Below, piece by piece: positions 1-9,922 of a stretch of DNA of 64,000 nt. The DNA lies in the NCBI GenBank assembly GCA_027364845.1, contig DAHXOO010000008.1, forward strand, positions 121 through 64,120. Direction: 5' to 3'. The translations under genes and the position numbers were made by a program. The first letter of the stretch is position 1, and each line of letters starts with the position of its first letter. Source of the stretch: Pseudomonadota bacterium. GTDB taxonomy: Bacteria > Pseudomonadota > Gammaproteobacteria > Acidiferrobacterales > UBA6901. Under the pieces are notes generated by a model that saw only the letters and a list, made by a program, of their open reading frames with translations, was not told the origin of the DNA and did not search any database.

Positions 1-1
1 C

Positions 2-721
2 GTTGAAATCGGCCCCGGGAAGGGGGCACTTACATACGCGTTGTTGGAGCGCACCGGGACCTTGCATGCGGTCGAGCTCGACCGCGATCTGGTTTCATAT
101 CTGCAGGAGGCATTTCCGCAGCGACTGGACGTCCATCAGGCTGACGCCCTGAGGTTCGATTTCTGCCAGCTGGCTCAGGCCGGAAAGCGGCTACGGCTCA
201 TCGGCAATTTGCCGTATAACATTTCCACGCCCCTGCTTTTTCATCTGCTGGACACCTGCCCCTGCATACAGGACATGCTATTCATGCTGCAGAAGGAGGT
301 CGTGGATCGCATGGCCGCGGAACCAGGAAGCGGCGACTATGGACGTTTGAGCGTGATGGTTCAATGGCGCTGCCGTGTCGAGCGCTTGTTCCACGTGCCG
401 GCCGACGCATTCTCGCCCCCTCCACGGGTGGAATCGGCGGTGGTTCGACTGACGCCATACGAACAGACCCCGGTGGCAGTAGACGATCCCGGGCGCTTTC
501 GGCAAATCGTGCTCGCGGCCTTCGCCCAGCGCCGCAAGGTTCTGCGCAATAGCGTAGGCAGTCTGGTGTCGCCGGAGCTGATCGAGCAGGCGGGAATCGA
601 CCCTGCCCGACGCGCAGAAACGCTGAGCCTCGCGGAGTTTGCGGCGCTCGCAAACATGGTGGCCCGCGCTGGTGCCGGGCATTCCACGGACACGAATGGA
701 CAGCCCCAAGACCGCGGCTAA
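2..721 (+). CDS. rsmA: 16S rRNA (adenine1518-N6/adenine1519-N6)-dimethyltransferase, 5' truncated by window edge
   Basis: Frame is open from base 2 (VEIGPGKGALTYALLERTG...) with SAM-binding GPGKG, the NLPYNIS motif, and the C-terminal AFAQRRKVLRN block typical of KsgA. Confidence 0.96.
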   Translation, partial: VEIGPGKGALTYALLERTGTLHAVELDRDLVSYLQEAFPQRLDVHQADALRFDFCQLAQAGKRLRLIGNLPYNISTPLLFHLLDTCPCIQDMLFMLQKEVVDRMAAEPGSGDYGRLSVMVQWRCRVERLFHVPADAFSPPPRVESAVVRLTPYEQTPVAVDDPGRFRQIVLAAFAQRRKVLRNSVGSLVSPELIEQAGIDPARRAETLSLAEFAALANMVARAGAGHSTDTNGQPQDRG

Positions 722-1482
722 GCGACTTCGCCCTGATTGGGACCGCCGTCAGCCACGCCAGGGTGCTGTTCCAGATTGGCCATGGCTTGCCGCATCCACT
801 GTTCCGCGATGTCCCGAATCTGCGTTGCGGACTTGCCCTGACTATCGATGACCGGCCCGATGACAACCTGGATCGTGCCAGGCCGCTTGATGAACCCGTG
901 CCGCGGCCAGAACGAGCCCGCATTGTGCGCCACGGGCACCACGGGATAACCTGTCTCGGCTGCAAGTACGGAGCCCCCGATCGCGTGTCGCTTGTTCTGC
1001 CCCGGTCCCAAACGTGTCCCCTCCGGGAACACCACGACCCAGCGACCGCTTTTCAGACGGTTGCGGCCCTGTTTGACGATTTGTTCGAGTGCGCGCGCGC
1101 CACCACCCCGGTCAATGGCGATCGGCTGCATCAGCGCGAGCCCCCAGCCAAAAAAAGGAATCAGCAGCAGCTCGCGTTTGAGTACCCAGACCTGGGGCGG
1201 AAAAATGGCCTGAAAGGCCAGGGTTTCCCACGAAGACTGGTGTTTTGCCAGGATTATAGCCGGGCTGCCCGGGAGGTTCTCCTTCCCTTCGACCCGATAG
1301 GTCAGATTGCACACAACCTTCAGCAGCCAAATCTGCAGTCGCGCCCAGAGGCTTATGAGTCGGTACCGTGTGAGCCCCGAAAAAGGAACTGTGAACAAGC
1401 TGAAAAAGGAAAAGACAACGACTGTGGTGAACATGAGGATATTGAACAGCAGCGAGCGCAGCGCGCGCATGTCAGCGCTCAA
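718..1482 (-). CDS. plsC: 1-acyl-sn-glycerol-3-phosphate acyltransferase
   Basis: 254 aa; HQSSWETLA (HX4D-like variant) and FPEGTRLGPG motifs. Confidence 0.9.
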   Translation of the reverse strand: MSADMRALRSLLFNILMFTTVVVFSFFSLFTVPFSGLTRYRLISLWARLQIWLLKVVCNLTYRVEGKENLPGSPAIILAKHQSSWETLAFQAIFPPQVWVLKRELLLIPFFGWGLALMQPIAIDRGGGARALEQIVKQGRNRLKSGRWVVVFPEGTRLGPGQNKRHAIGGSVLAAETGYPVVPVAHNAGSFWPRHGFIKRPGTIQVVIGPVIDSQGKSATQIRDIAEQWMRQAMANLEQHPGVADGGPNQGEVA

Positions 1483-1999
1483 CCCGCCCCGAGATCAGGG
1501 CATCGACGAAGTCCCCGAGACTGTCGAAATCCACCTCCTGACCGGGCGCCAGCACACCGGAACCACCCAGCAACACCGCTTGCGCGCCGGCCGCCCTCGC
1601 CGCTGCCGCTTCGTCCACGGTTGCGCACGCCGCATAGGCCGACGACAGATTGATCTTGAGCCGTTCGGCGATCTCCTCATACAAGCCAGGTGACGGCGGC
1701 CGGCAGTGGCAACCCGCATCCGCGGCGTGGGGGCAAACAAAAACCGCATCGACTTGTCCGCCCTTGTTGCGGATCGACTCCAGCATGCGCACATGGATGC
1801 GGTTGAGGGTCTCCATCCGCGGAGCGCCGCCCGCCACCCCCGGCTGTACGGTCGTTACCAACGCCCGGTAACCTTCACGTTGCAGGCGCGCCAGTGCCTC
1901 CAGGCTGCCCGGCAACGGCACCCAGTCATCCGGCTGCCGAACACCGTTGACCGGAACCCTGTTGATGACACCATCGCGGCTGAGGATAACGAATTTCAT
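1472..1999 (-). CDS. gmhB: D-glycero-beta-D-manno-heptose-1,7-bisphosphate 7-phosphatase (HAD family)
   Basis: 175 aa; SRDGVIN variant of the HAD motif, CxCRKP-like 'CHCRPPSPGL' zinc loop. Confidence 0.88.
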   Translation of the reverse strand: MKFVILSRDGVINRVPVNGVRQPDDWVPLPGSLEALARLQREGYRALVTTVQPGVAGGAPRMETLNRIHVRMLESIRNKGGQVDAVFVCPHAADAGCHCRPPSPGLYEEIAERLKINLSSAYAACATVDEAAAARAAGAQAVLLGGSGVLAPGQEVDFDSLGDFVDALISGRVER

Positions 2000-2230
2000 T
2001 CGATCACACCCCGGCCGGTGTGACCACGCGGCCGCACACTACCGGGGCACCAAGTGCGGGTTCTACCCCGAGATTTACTGACAAGATCACCACTGGCATC
2101 GCGAGAAAGCTGCTGCGGCATCTACCCAGAGCGAAGCGGGACCGGGACAGACACGGCCACTTCTGCTTGATGTATGGGCGCCGCTCTTCCGCATCATTGC
2201 GCTATCCTTGTGGGAAGATAGATCCGTCAC

Positions 2231-2560
2231 CTAGTCACGGAATTCCGAAACACGGACACGACCGTTGATCATTCGGCCCTGGCGTGACTCAAGCTTGTCC
2301 ATTTTTTCCCAGAAAGCCTTGCGCAGGTCGAATCCGGCGCTGATCGCCGTGCCCAAAACCAGAATGAACAGGTCCGCCACCTCCTCTGCGAGAGCCTCGG
2401 TACTCTTGCCCTTGGTGACGCACGCGGAAACTTCACCCAGCTCTTCTGCCATAAGCGCAACGCGGTAAACGAGCTCCTCGCCACCGCTGTCGCGAAACTT
2501 GTGCTTGTCGTGGAAAGACTGGACCGCCGCAAGCATATCCTGATACGAATCCGGATTCAT
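2231..2560 (-). CDS. MazG-like nucleotide pyrophosphohydrolase
   Basis: 109 aa; 'MAEELGEVSAC ... EEVADLFILVLG' EExxE/ExxD MazG-type motif. Confidence 0.85.
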   Translation of the reverse strand: MNPDSYQDMLAAVQSFHDKHKFRDSGGEELVYRVALMAEELGEVSACVTKGKSTEALAEEVADLFILVLGTAISAGFDLRKAFWEKMDKLESRQGRMINGRVRVSEFRD

Positions 2561-2597
2561 CGCATTTCACCTTACCTTTTGTTCAGCCTCATCCACG

Positions 2598-4817
2598 TTA
2601 TCGGGCCTGCAGCTTCGAAATATCCGCAGCGCCGAGAAACAGGCCGCTAAGTTCGCTCAGTAGCGCGAGGCGATTGTCACGGATACGTACGTCTTCGACC
2701 ATGACCATTACCTGATCGAAGAATTCGTCGACTGCGGTACGCAGCCCCGCCAATCGTTTGAGTGCCGCAGCGAAGTCACCGCGCCCGATCAGATCTTCAA
2801 CTTGCGATCGAAGCGACGCGATCTGTTGCGCCAGTCTCTGTTCCGCGTTTTCAGTCAGCAGCGCCACATCGGCGTGGCCAATGGGGCCGGTACCAGCCTG
2901 GCGGAGGATGTTGCGGATACGCTTGTTTGCGCTCGCCAAAGCCTCAGCCTCTGGCAGACACCGAAAGGCCTGCAAGGCTTCGAGGCGCGGAATCACTTGG
3001 TCGAAACGCGTCGGTCCAAGACTAAGAACGGCGTCGATCTCGTCCGGAAGGAACCCCTTGTCGCGCAGATACGGTTTGAGTCGCTCGAGCAGAAAGCCGT
3101 AGAGATCCTGCACCACGCCTTCGGAAAGGATATCAGGGTCGAAATAGCCACGCGCGAGCGCAAGCAGTTCTCCCAGATCGAGCGCGAGCGAACGCTCCGC
3201 CAGAATGCGCACGACGCCCAGCGCCTGCCGCCGCAAGCCGAATGGGTCTTTGTCGCCGGTAGGGACGAGCCCCACACCGTAGATACCGATCAGGGTGTCG
3301 AGTTTATCCGCCAGCGCCAGACACACCCCGGCCAGCGTGGGCGGCAAACGGTCTCCCGAGAAGCGCGGTGAATAGTGCCCGCGGATCGCCCATTCGACGC
3401 TGCTTGGCTCGCCGTCATGCCGGGCGTAATCGGCGCCCATATAACCCTGTAATTCAGGAAACTCCCCGACCATTTCGGTCAACAGGTCGGCCTTGCACAG
3501 ATGAGCCGCACGTTCGACGTCACGCCTGTCTGCGTCCGACATTCCCATGCGTCCGGCAATCTCGCCTGCCAGCTTTTCGAGGCGGCGTACGCGCTCGATC
3601 TGGCTGCCAAGCTTGTTTTGATACACCACATTGGCGAGCTTTGGCACACGGTCTTCGAGTCTGGTCTTCCTATCCTGCTCGTAGAAGAACCTGGCGTCGC
3701 TCAGACGGGCCCGCAGCACCCGCTCATTACCTTGGATGATGTGCTTCGGCGTACGCGTCTCCATGTTACTCACCACTAGGAACCGCGGCAGCATTCCGCC
3801 AGCCGCCTGTCCATGGACCAGCGGAAAATATCTCTGGTGGTGTTGCATGCTCAACGCAAGGCAGGGAATGGGGACGTTCAGGAAATCCGGATCGAACTGG
3901 CCTGCATATACGGCGGGCCACTCTACCAGAGCGGCGACCTCATCAAGCAGCACGGCATTATTTCGAATGACCTCCTCTGCCGCAAATCCCCACTCCTCGC
4001 CCGGAAATTGCACCATCTTTCCGTCCGCACCCAGCACCAGGGCACCTTTTCTCACTTTTCCGGCCACTGCGCGCAGCTTGTGCTCGATCTCGCTGCGGCG
4101 TTCCGCGAAGCTGGCGAGAACGCGGCCACTGCGACGCAACGTATCAGCATAGCGTCCGGCGTGCAGAATAGTCAGCTTGCCGCGGCTCAGGAAACGATGT
4201 CCGACGGTCACGTTTCCGCTCCGTAATCCGAAGACCTCGCCCGCGACGACGCGCGCGCCATGCATCATCACAAGGCCATGCACCGGCCGTACGAATTGGA
4301 CCTCACCACTGCCCCAGCGCATGAGCCTGGCAACCGGCAGTTTTCCAAGGCCCGCTTCGACGATGGCACCCAAATGCCGTGCCAACGGTTCACCTTTCTG
4401 TTTCGAGCGATACACGAAGTATTCGCCTTTTTCGCCGCTGTGCCGTTCAAGGCTGTCGGGATCGACGCCGCACGACTTGGCAAACCCGCTGAGTGCTGGC
4501 GTAGGTTTTCCCGCCGAGTCGTAGCCAGCACCGACCGGGGGGCCACGGCGCTCGACGACACGATCCGGTTGCCGCCCGAGCACGCCGGTCGCAAGCACTG
4601 CCAGGCGCCGCGGGGTTGCAAAAACCTTATGCGTGCTGTCAGCCTGCAGAAGGGCATAATGCCCGAGACCGTCCATCACGGCGGCCGCAAACGCCTCCGC
4701 AAGCCGCTGGAGGGATTTTGGGGGAAGCTCCTCGGTGAGGAGCTCGACGAGCAGGGTATCGCTGGTCTGCCTCACGGGGGTGTGCCGTCCCTTCGCCTTC
4801 GCAGATCTTCGGACCAT
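2598..4817 (-). CDS. glyS: glycine--tRNA ligase subunit beta
   Basis: 739 aa; LLVELLTEELPPKSL N-terminus, HHQRYFPL motif; adjacent to glyQ. Confidence 0.97.
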   Translation of the reverse strand: MVRRSAKAKGRHTPVRQTSDTLLVELLTEELPPKSLQRLAEAFAAAVMDGLGHYALLQADSTHKVFATPRRLAVLATGVLGRQPDRVVERRGPPVGAGYDSAGKPTPALSGFAKSCGVDPDSLERHSGEKGEYFVYRSKQKGEPLARHLGAIVEAGLGKLPVARLMRWGSGEVQFVRPVHGLVMMHGARVVAGEVFGLRSGNVTVGHRFLSRGKLTILHAGRYADTLRRSGRVLASFAERRSEIEHKLRAVAGKVRKGALVLGADGKMVQFPGEEWGFAAEEVIRNNAVLLDEVAALVEWPAVYAGQFDPDFLNVPIPCLALSMQHHQRYFPLVHGQAAGGMLPRFLVVSNMETRTPKHIIQGNERVLRARLSDARFFYEQDRKTRLEDRVPKLANVVYQNKLGSQIERVRRLEKLAGEIAGRMGMSDADRRDVERAAHLCKADLLTEMVGEFPELQGYMGADYARHDGEPSSVEWAIRGHYSPRFSGDRLPPTLAGVCLALADKLDTLIGIYGVGLVPTGDKDPFGLRRQALGVVRILAERSLALDLGELLALARGYFDPDILSEGVVQDLYGFLLERLKPYLRDKGFLPDEIDAVLSLGPTRFDQVIPRLEALQAFRCLPEAEALASANKRIRNILRQAGTGPIGHADVALLTENAEQRLAQQIASLRSQVEDLIGRGDFAAALKRLAGLRTAVDEFFDQVMVMVEDVRIRDNRLALLSELSGLFLGAADISKLQAR

Positions 4818-4820
4818 GGA

Positions 4821-5774
4821 TTATTTCTGCCGTGCCTGCTTCAACAGTGGAAAACCGAGCGCCTGGCGCGAATTGAAATAGCTCTGAGCTACAAGACGCG
4901 CCAGCGCACGCACGCGCCCGATATAAGTCGCACGCTCGGTCGTGGAAATGGCGCCGCGCGCGTCCAAAAGGTTGAAAGTATGTGAGCATCGTATGACCAT
5001 CTCGAACCCGGGCAACGGAAGCTTCTCCACCATCAGGCGCTTGGCCTCGGCCTCGTAGTCATTGAACTGCTGAAACAGCCAATTGACGTTGCTGTGCTCG
5101 AAGTTGTAGCGTGACTGCTCGACCTCGTTCTGGTGGTACACGTCACCATAGCTGACACCGTCTGTCCATTCGATGTCATAGACACTGTCGACACCCTGGA
5201 GGTACATCGCAAGGCGCTCCAGGCCGTAGGTGATCTCACCGAGCACCGGCTTGCATGGCAGGCTACCAACCTCCTGGAAATAGGTGAACTGCGTCACCTC
5301 CATGCCGTCCAGCCACACCTCCCAGCCCAGGCCCCAGGCGCCCAGCGTGGGCGACTCCCAGTCATCTTCCACAAACCGGATATCATGCAGCTGGGTATCA
5401 ATACCGAGTTTCCTCAGCGACCCCAGATACAGATCCTGGATATCATCTGGGGATGGCTTAAGTACCACCTGGAACTGATAGTAGTGCTGCAGCCGATTTG
5501 GATTGTCACCATAGCGGCCATCCTTCGGACGCCGTGACGGCTGAACATATCCGGCCCGCCATGGCTCCGGTCCCAATGCCCGCAAAAATGTCGCGGTATG
5601 GAACGTTCCGGCCCCCATCTCCATGTCGTAGGGCTGGAGAATGACGCAACCTTGATCGGCCCAGTAACGTTGCAGGGCAAGTATGAGATCCTGAAAGTTC
5701 AGAATTTGGCCTTTGCTGATTGTATTAACAGCTTGAACAGCAGGATTATAACCTGTCGGCAGCTGCGGGTGCAT
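4821..5774 (-). CDS. glyQ: glycine--tRNA ligase subunit alpha
   Basis: 317 aa; '[46 protein letters not shown]' signature. Exact start uncertain. Confidence 0.97.
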   Translation of the reverse strand: MHPQLPTGYNPAVQAVNTISKGQILNFQDLILALQRYWADQGCVILQPYDMEMGAGTFHTATFLRALGPEPWRAGYVQPSRRPKDGRYGDNPNRLQHYYQFQVVLKPSPDDIQDLYLGSLRKLGIDTQLHDIRFVEDDWESPTLGAWGLGWEVWLDGMEVTQFTYFQEVGSLPCKPVLGEITYGLERLAMYLQGVDSVYDIEWTDGVSYGDVYHQNEVEQSRYNFEHSNVNWLFQQFNDYEAEAKRLMVEKLPLPGFEMVIRCSHTFNLLDARGAISTTERATYIGRVRALARLVAQSYFNSRQALGFPLLKQARQK

Positions 5775-5795
5775 GGATGTGCGGATCGCATGGGC

Positions 5796-6632
5796 CTAAA
5801 TCGTGCGTGAAGTCCTGGCAGGCAGATCTTCGGCCGGGACGGGAGTTGCGGGCTTGGTCAAATGCTCCGCCTTCATCCCCGGGGCCTGGATTTCCTGTGG
5901 ACCCCGATATAGGCGCACCAGCTCGCTGAATATCTTCCGGGAGTGATGCAGAAAGAACGCACCACGGCGCGCCGGGTTGTTCCGGACTGGGCTTGGCAAT
6001 GACGCCGCGAGCTCGGCGGCCTGCGCCAAAGAAAGCTGTGATACCGGTATTCCCCAATAGGCTTGGGACGCGGCCTCGACCCCGTATATGCCACGCCCGA
6101 ATTCGGCCGTGTTGAGATAGATTTCCAGTATCCGGTGCTTTGCCAAATGATGCACCAGTCCCCAAGTAAGCAGCACTTCATTCCCTTTGCGCAGCAATGT
6201 GCGTGACGGTGTCAGAAACAGGTTCTTCGCGGTCTGCTGCGAAATCGTGCTGGCGCCATAGACGATGCGTCCCTTCTGGAGATTGTATTCGAACGCATCG
6301 CGGATGGCGGCAAAATCAAGTCCGTCATCCTCATAATAAAAACGGCTATCCTCAGCGACAATGACCGCACGCTGCAGGTATGCGGGGATCTCCCACAAAG
6401 GTACCGGGTCCCAGCGCAAGCGCGGCCAGTGGTTCGTTGCCCGCACCGACAGATAGTGCCGGATAAAGCGCGTTTCGGGGACTGGACCATGGCCCAGTCG
6501 CTGCCAGTTTGGCCAGAGGCTGGCCAGATAAATCAGATCGGCGGCCACAAATAGCAGGAGGATACGCAATGTCCAATGGAATGCGCGCACCAGCCACGTC
6601 AACCCGCGTTTTGTTCGTCTTGCGCTAGCCAT
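5796..6632 (-). CDS. mtgA: monofunctional biosynthetic peptidoglycan transglycosylase
   Basis: 278 aa; N-terminal TM; AEDSRFYYEDDGLD, GASTISQQTAKNLFL, EIYLNTAEFGRGIYG GT51 motifs. Confidence 0.95.
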   Translation of the reverse strand: MASARRTKRGLTWLVRAFHWTLRILLLFVAADLIYLASLWPNWQRLGHGPVPETRFIRHYLSVRATNHWPRLRWDPVPLWEIPAYLQRAVIVAEDSRFYYEDDGLDFAAIRDAFEYNLQKGRIVYGASTISQQTAKNLFLTPSRTLLRKGNEVLLTWGLVHHLAKHRILEIYLNTAEFGRGIYGVEAASQAYWGIPVSQLSLAQAAELAASLPSPVRNNPARRGAFFLHHSRKIFSELVRLYRGPQEIQAPGMKAEHLTKPATPVPAEDLPARTSRTI

Positions 6633-7221
6633 CTTTGACTTCCGGTTATTGCCGAAAGGCCATTGTTCGGATCATTTCCATGGTGCGTTTGCCTCGCACC
6701 TTCTGGCATCCGGGTCCAGAGTGTAAGTATACCAGTACGTCCCGCCGCGCAGGTTCGAAGGCGCAAATCATCGGGAGCCAGGCGCCCGGCCAGTCCAAAT
6801 CCGGGGTAATTGGAATTTGTATCATTCGGGGTCTGCCCGGGGAACAAGATTGGACAGATACTGCGAATTCGCTTATGGTTCCTGCCCAGGTTTCACTGGG
6901 GTTAGTGAAACCAGACCCGAACTAGAGGGGAGGAACCGGACCCGCAGGTAACCCCGTACCAAGCATCATCCTGACTGCCGAGTCCGATACGGGGCCTTTC
7001 CTGTTCCCATGGCGCGCATTTTGCCCGATACCCGCGCTAAAAACCTAGATTTTCACAGCTGTTCACCGGGAACGTGCGATGCGCCGGCTCGGAAGCCGTA
7101 AATGCCTCGGTCGAGGCTAAATAGTTTAAAATCTTCGGCGATTCGATGAATGACACCGGGCGCCCATGCAGCCGGCATTTCGGGGCCGTGATTTCTTGGC
7201 GCAACCTTAGTTAATAAGTAT

Positions 7222-8289
7222 TTGAGAAATTCCGCAAACACTGCGATGAACCAAGCACGCAAGGCAGTGGCGCTGATATCCGGCGGCCTCGATTCGCTGC
7301 TCGCCGCACGACTGATGCTGGACCAGGGCATCCATGTCGAGGGGATCAATTTCTATACCGGTTTCTGCGTCGAAGGACATACGCACGCGATCCGCGATCG
7401 TCGCCGGGCGAAGCCTAGACGCAACAATGCACTTTGGGCAGCCGAACAGCTCGGCATCAGGCTTCACATGATTGAAGTCGTCGAAGAATACAAAGCAGTA
7501 GTCATCAACCCCAAGCACGGGTACGGAGCAAACCTAAATCCTTGCCTGGACTGCAAGGGATTCATGGTCGGCAAAGCCCACGGCTGGATGGAGACGCACG
7601 GCTTCGATTTCATTATCACGGGCGAGGTAATTGGACAACGCCCTATGTCGCAGCGGCGTGACACCATGCCGGTGGTCGCAAGAGAGTCCGGTGCATTCGA
7701 TCGCCTACTGCGGCCCTTATGCGCCCAGCTTCTGGCCCCGACCTTGCCGGAACGTGAGGGCTGGATTGACCGGAACAAACTGCTTGCGCTGAACGGCCGT
7801 AACCGCAAGCCGCAGATCGCGTTGGCGGAAAGCTACGGATTCCGCGACTATGCGCAGCCGGCCGGTGGCTGCTGTTTTCTGACCGATGCCAACTATTCCA
7901 ATAAGCTGTCGGATCTCTGGGCAACACGCGGTGACAAGCACTATGAACTCGATGACATCATGCTGCTCAAGGTCGGGCGGCATATGCGCCCGCGACCGAA
8001 TTTCAAGCTCATCGTTGGGCGCGAAGAAGGCGAAAACAAATACCTGAGTGGATATCGCAACCGTTTCGTACACATGGCTGCGACAAGCCACCACGGGCCA
8101 TTGGCATTGGTCGAAGGCCAGCCCACAGAGGCGGATATAGAGCTCGCGGCACGTCTCACCGCGCGCTTCGGCCAAGGGCGTCATGCCGATAAGGTGACCG
8201 TAGAAGTGACCGATCCACGCGGCGGATCGAGGCTGCTCGAGGTTGCGCCGCTTCCCAGTAATGAGATCCCATCGAATTGGTATCTTTGA
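7222..8289 (+). CDS. PP-loop ATPase of the ThiI/MnmA-like class (tRNA thiolation-like)
   Basis: 355 aa; PP-loop 'ALISGGLDSLLAA', 'NPCLDCKGFM' Cys pair, 'GGCCFLTD' motif; distinct C-terminal domain. No THUMP domain visible. Confidence 0.75.
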   Translation: MRNSANTAMNQARKAVALISGGLDSLLAARLMLDQGIHVEGINFYTGFCVEGHTHAIRDRRRAKPRRNNALWAAEQLGIRLHMIEVVEEYKAVVINPKHGYGANLNPCLDCKGFMVGKAHGWMETHGFDFIITGEVIGQRPMSQRRDTMPVVARESGAFDRLLRPLCAQLLAPTLPEREGWIDRNKLLALNGRNRKPQIALAESYGFRDYAQPAGGCCFLTDANYSNKLSDLWATRGDKHYELDDIMLLKVGRHMRPRPNFKLIVGREEGENKYLSGYRNRFVHMAATSHHGPLALVEGQPTEADIELAARLTARFGQGRHADKVTVEVTDPRGGSRLLEVAPLPSNEIPSNWYL

Positions 8290-8531
8290 TGAATCGATAT
8301 CAGCTCGATGCCCGCAATCTGCTATGCCCGATGCCGGTTATCCGCACCCAGAACAGGATGTGTGAGTTGCACGCCGGCGACGTCCTAGAAGTACACTGCA
8401 CCGATCCTGGTGCGCTTCAGGACATTCCCGCTTGGTGTCGGATCAGCGGGCACGATGTACTCGACAGTCGTATCCAGGATGGCGATGTCATCGTGATCAT
8501 CCGGGCCGGTGGGCCGGCAGGACCACAATGA
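8289..8531 (+). CDS. TusA-family sulfurtransferase-like protein
   Basis: ORF 8277-8531, likely start MNRYQLDARNLLCPMPVIRT; LCPMPV = CPxP motif of TusA/SirA family. Confidence 0.88.
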   Translation: MNRYQLDARNLLCPMPVIRTQNRMCELHAGDVLEVHCTDPGALQDIPAWCRISGHDVLDSRIQDGDVIVIIRAGGPAGPQ

Positions 8532-9697
8532 GCAACGGCACTGGCCCGAATCTGCTGGATAACACCGATCCGGCGCGTTATCAGGCGAGCCGGCGCGTCA
8601 CCTTTGTCAGTCTCGCGACAAACACGTTTCTGGCTCTGGGCCAGGTCGTTATCGGCTTCGTTGGCCGCTCACAAGGTCTGGTCGCAGACGGATTTCACAC
8701 GCTTTCCGACCTCACAACCGATACCCTGGTGCTGTTTGCGTTAACGCATAGCTTCAAGGCGGCAGACGAAGAGCACCCATACGGCCATGCCCGCATCGAA
8801 ACAGCGGTAACGGTTGCGTTGGGCGCAGTACTGCTGCTAGTTGCCGTCAGTATCGCGGTACGAGCCAGCTTACGCCTGCTGAGCGGGCCGGTGCTTGCTC
8901 CACCGTCCTCGCTTACGCTATGGGCATCGGGCCTGACGATCCTTCTGAAGGAAGGACTGTACCGCTATACCGAGCATACAGCGCGGCGCTTTTCATCCGA
9001 ACTTTTGCATGCGAATGCCTGGCACCACCGCAGTGACGCGATATCCTCGATAATGGTTTTCATCGGCATTGCTGGCAGCATCGGCGGCATCCATTATATG
9101 GATTCGCTGGCCGCAATCGGCGTGGCGCTTTTTGTCGGCAGGGTCGGTGTCAAGCTCGGCTGGCCAGCCTTGAGCGAGCTAATCGACACTGGACTGGATG
9201 CCGATCAGCTGCAGCGCATTCGCACCGCGATTCTCGGGGTGAGCGGCGTCAAGATGCTGCACCTGCTGCGCACGCGCCGGCTGGGCGGGCGTGGGTTAGT
9301 CGATGTCCATCTCATCGTCGATGACGCGATCAGCGTATCCGAGGGCCATCAGATCAGCGAGGCGGTACGTATAAAGCTGATCAATGAAATCGCTGGGATT
9401 GCGGACGTGATGGTCCACATCGATGCCGAGGACGACACGGCGCGATCGCCGTCATCGCAACTTCCGTTGCGGGACCAAGTGCTCACGCGACTGAACCAAT
9501 ATTTCGAACATATTGAGGCAGCGCGCCGCATCGAGCGCGTAACCTTGCACTATCTGGACGGACAGATTTGCGTGGAACTGATCATCCCGCTCAGCGCAGC
9601 TGCGGATTGCATTGAAGCTGCAAACCTCTCGGCGCAATTACAGGATGCGGTCAGGCATGATTCTGACATTGCCAGGTTAGTGGTCTATTATCATTGA
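8528..9697 (+). CDS. cation diffusion facilitator family transporter
   Basis: Internal ATG at 8528 overlaps the TusA-like stop. 'VADGFHTLSDLTTDTLVL ... HPYGHARIE ... NAWHHRSDAISS' metal-site motifs of CDF proteins. Confidence 0.93.
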   Translation: MSNGTGPNLLDNTDPARYQASRRVTFVSLATNTFLALGQVVIGFVGRSQGLVADGFHTLSDLTTDTLVLFALTHSFKAADEEHPYGHARIETAVTVALGAVLLLVAVSIAVRASLRLLSGPVLAPPSSLTLWASGLTILLKEGLYRYTEHTARRFSSELLHANAWHHRSDAISSIMVFIGIAGSIGGIHYMDSLAAIGVALFVGRVGVKLGWPALSELIDTGLDADQLQRIRTAILGVSGVKMLHLLRTRRLGGRGLVDVHLIVDDAISVSEGHQISEAVRIKLINEIAGIADVMVHIDAEDDTARSPSSQLPLRDQVLTRLNQYFEHIEAARRIERVTLHYLDGQICVELIIPLSAAADCIEAANLSAQLQDAVRHDSDIARLVVYYH

Positions 9698-9714
9698 TGC
9701 ACTATTTCAGTGCA
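9698..9714. promoter_or_regulatory. NtrC (GlnG) binding site, distal glnA enhancer
   Basis: TGCACTATTTCAGTGCA, 17-bp palindromic site resembling TGCACYN5RGTGCA. Confidence 0.8.
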
Positions 9715-9727
9715 TATAGGCCATGTA

Positions 9728-9744
9728 AGTGCTATTTTGGTGCA
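9728..9744. promoter_or_regulatory. NtrC binding site, proximal (one strong half-site)
   Basis: AGTGCTATTTTGGTGCA; right half matches perfectly, left half is degenerate; centre is 30 bp from the distal site. Confidence 0.65.
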
Positions 9745-9805
9745 TCATATTTTAGGTGGCTTTAAAGAAATAAGAACAAATACAATAGATTATTCCCGTT
9801 TCAGT

Positions 9806-9825
9806 CATGGCATATTTCGTGCAAA
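9806..9825 (+). promoter_or_regulatory. sigma-54 (-24/-12) promoter of glnA
   Basis: tcatGGcatatttcgtGCaa: GG (9809-9810) and GC (9821-9822) with exact 10-nt spacing, ~100 bp upstream of the glnA ATG. Confidence 0.75.
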
Positions 9826-9922
9826 ATGTCGGGCTCAGGTTCATGCAGGATAAGTGCCCGAGCGGCATGTCCAATTTTGATCCAGTTTCATGTTTCAATT
9901 TCCCTTTTTAGGAGGAACCCAG

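Noticed and set aside
763-1653. 296-aa plus-strand ORF across plsC/gmhB
   Set aside because: Antisense to two recognisable genes, low-complexity Arg/Pro-rich translation.
6633-7221. Short ORFs between mtgA and the PP-loop gene
   Set aside because: No convincing coding signal or repeats; treated as intergenic.
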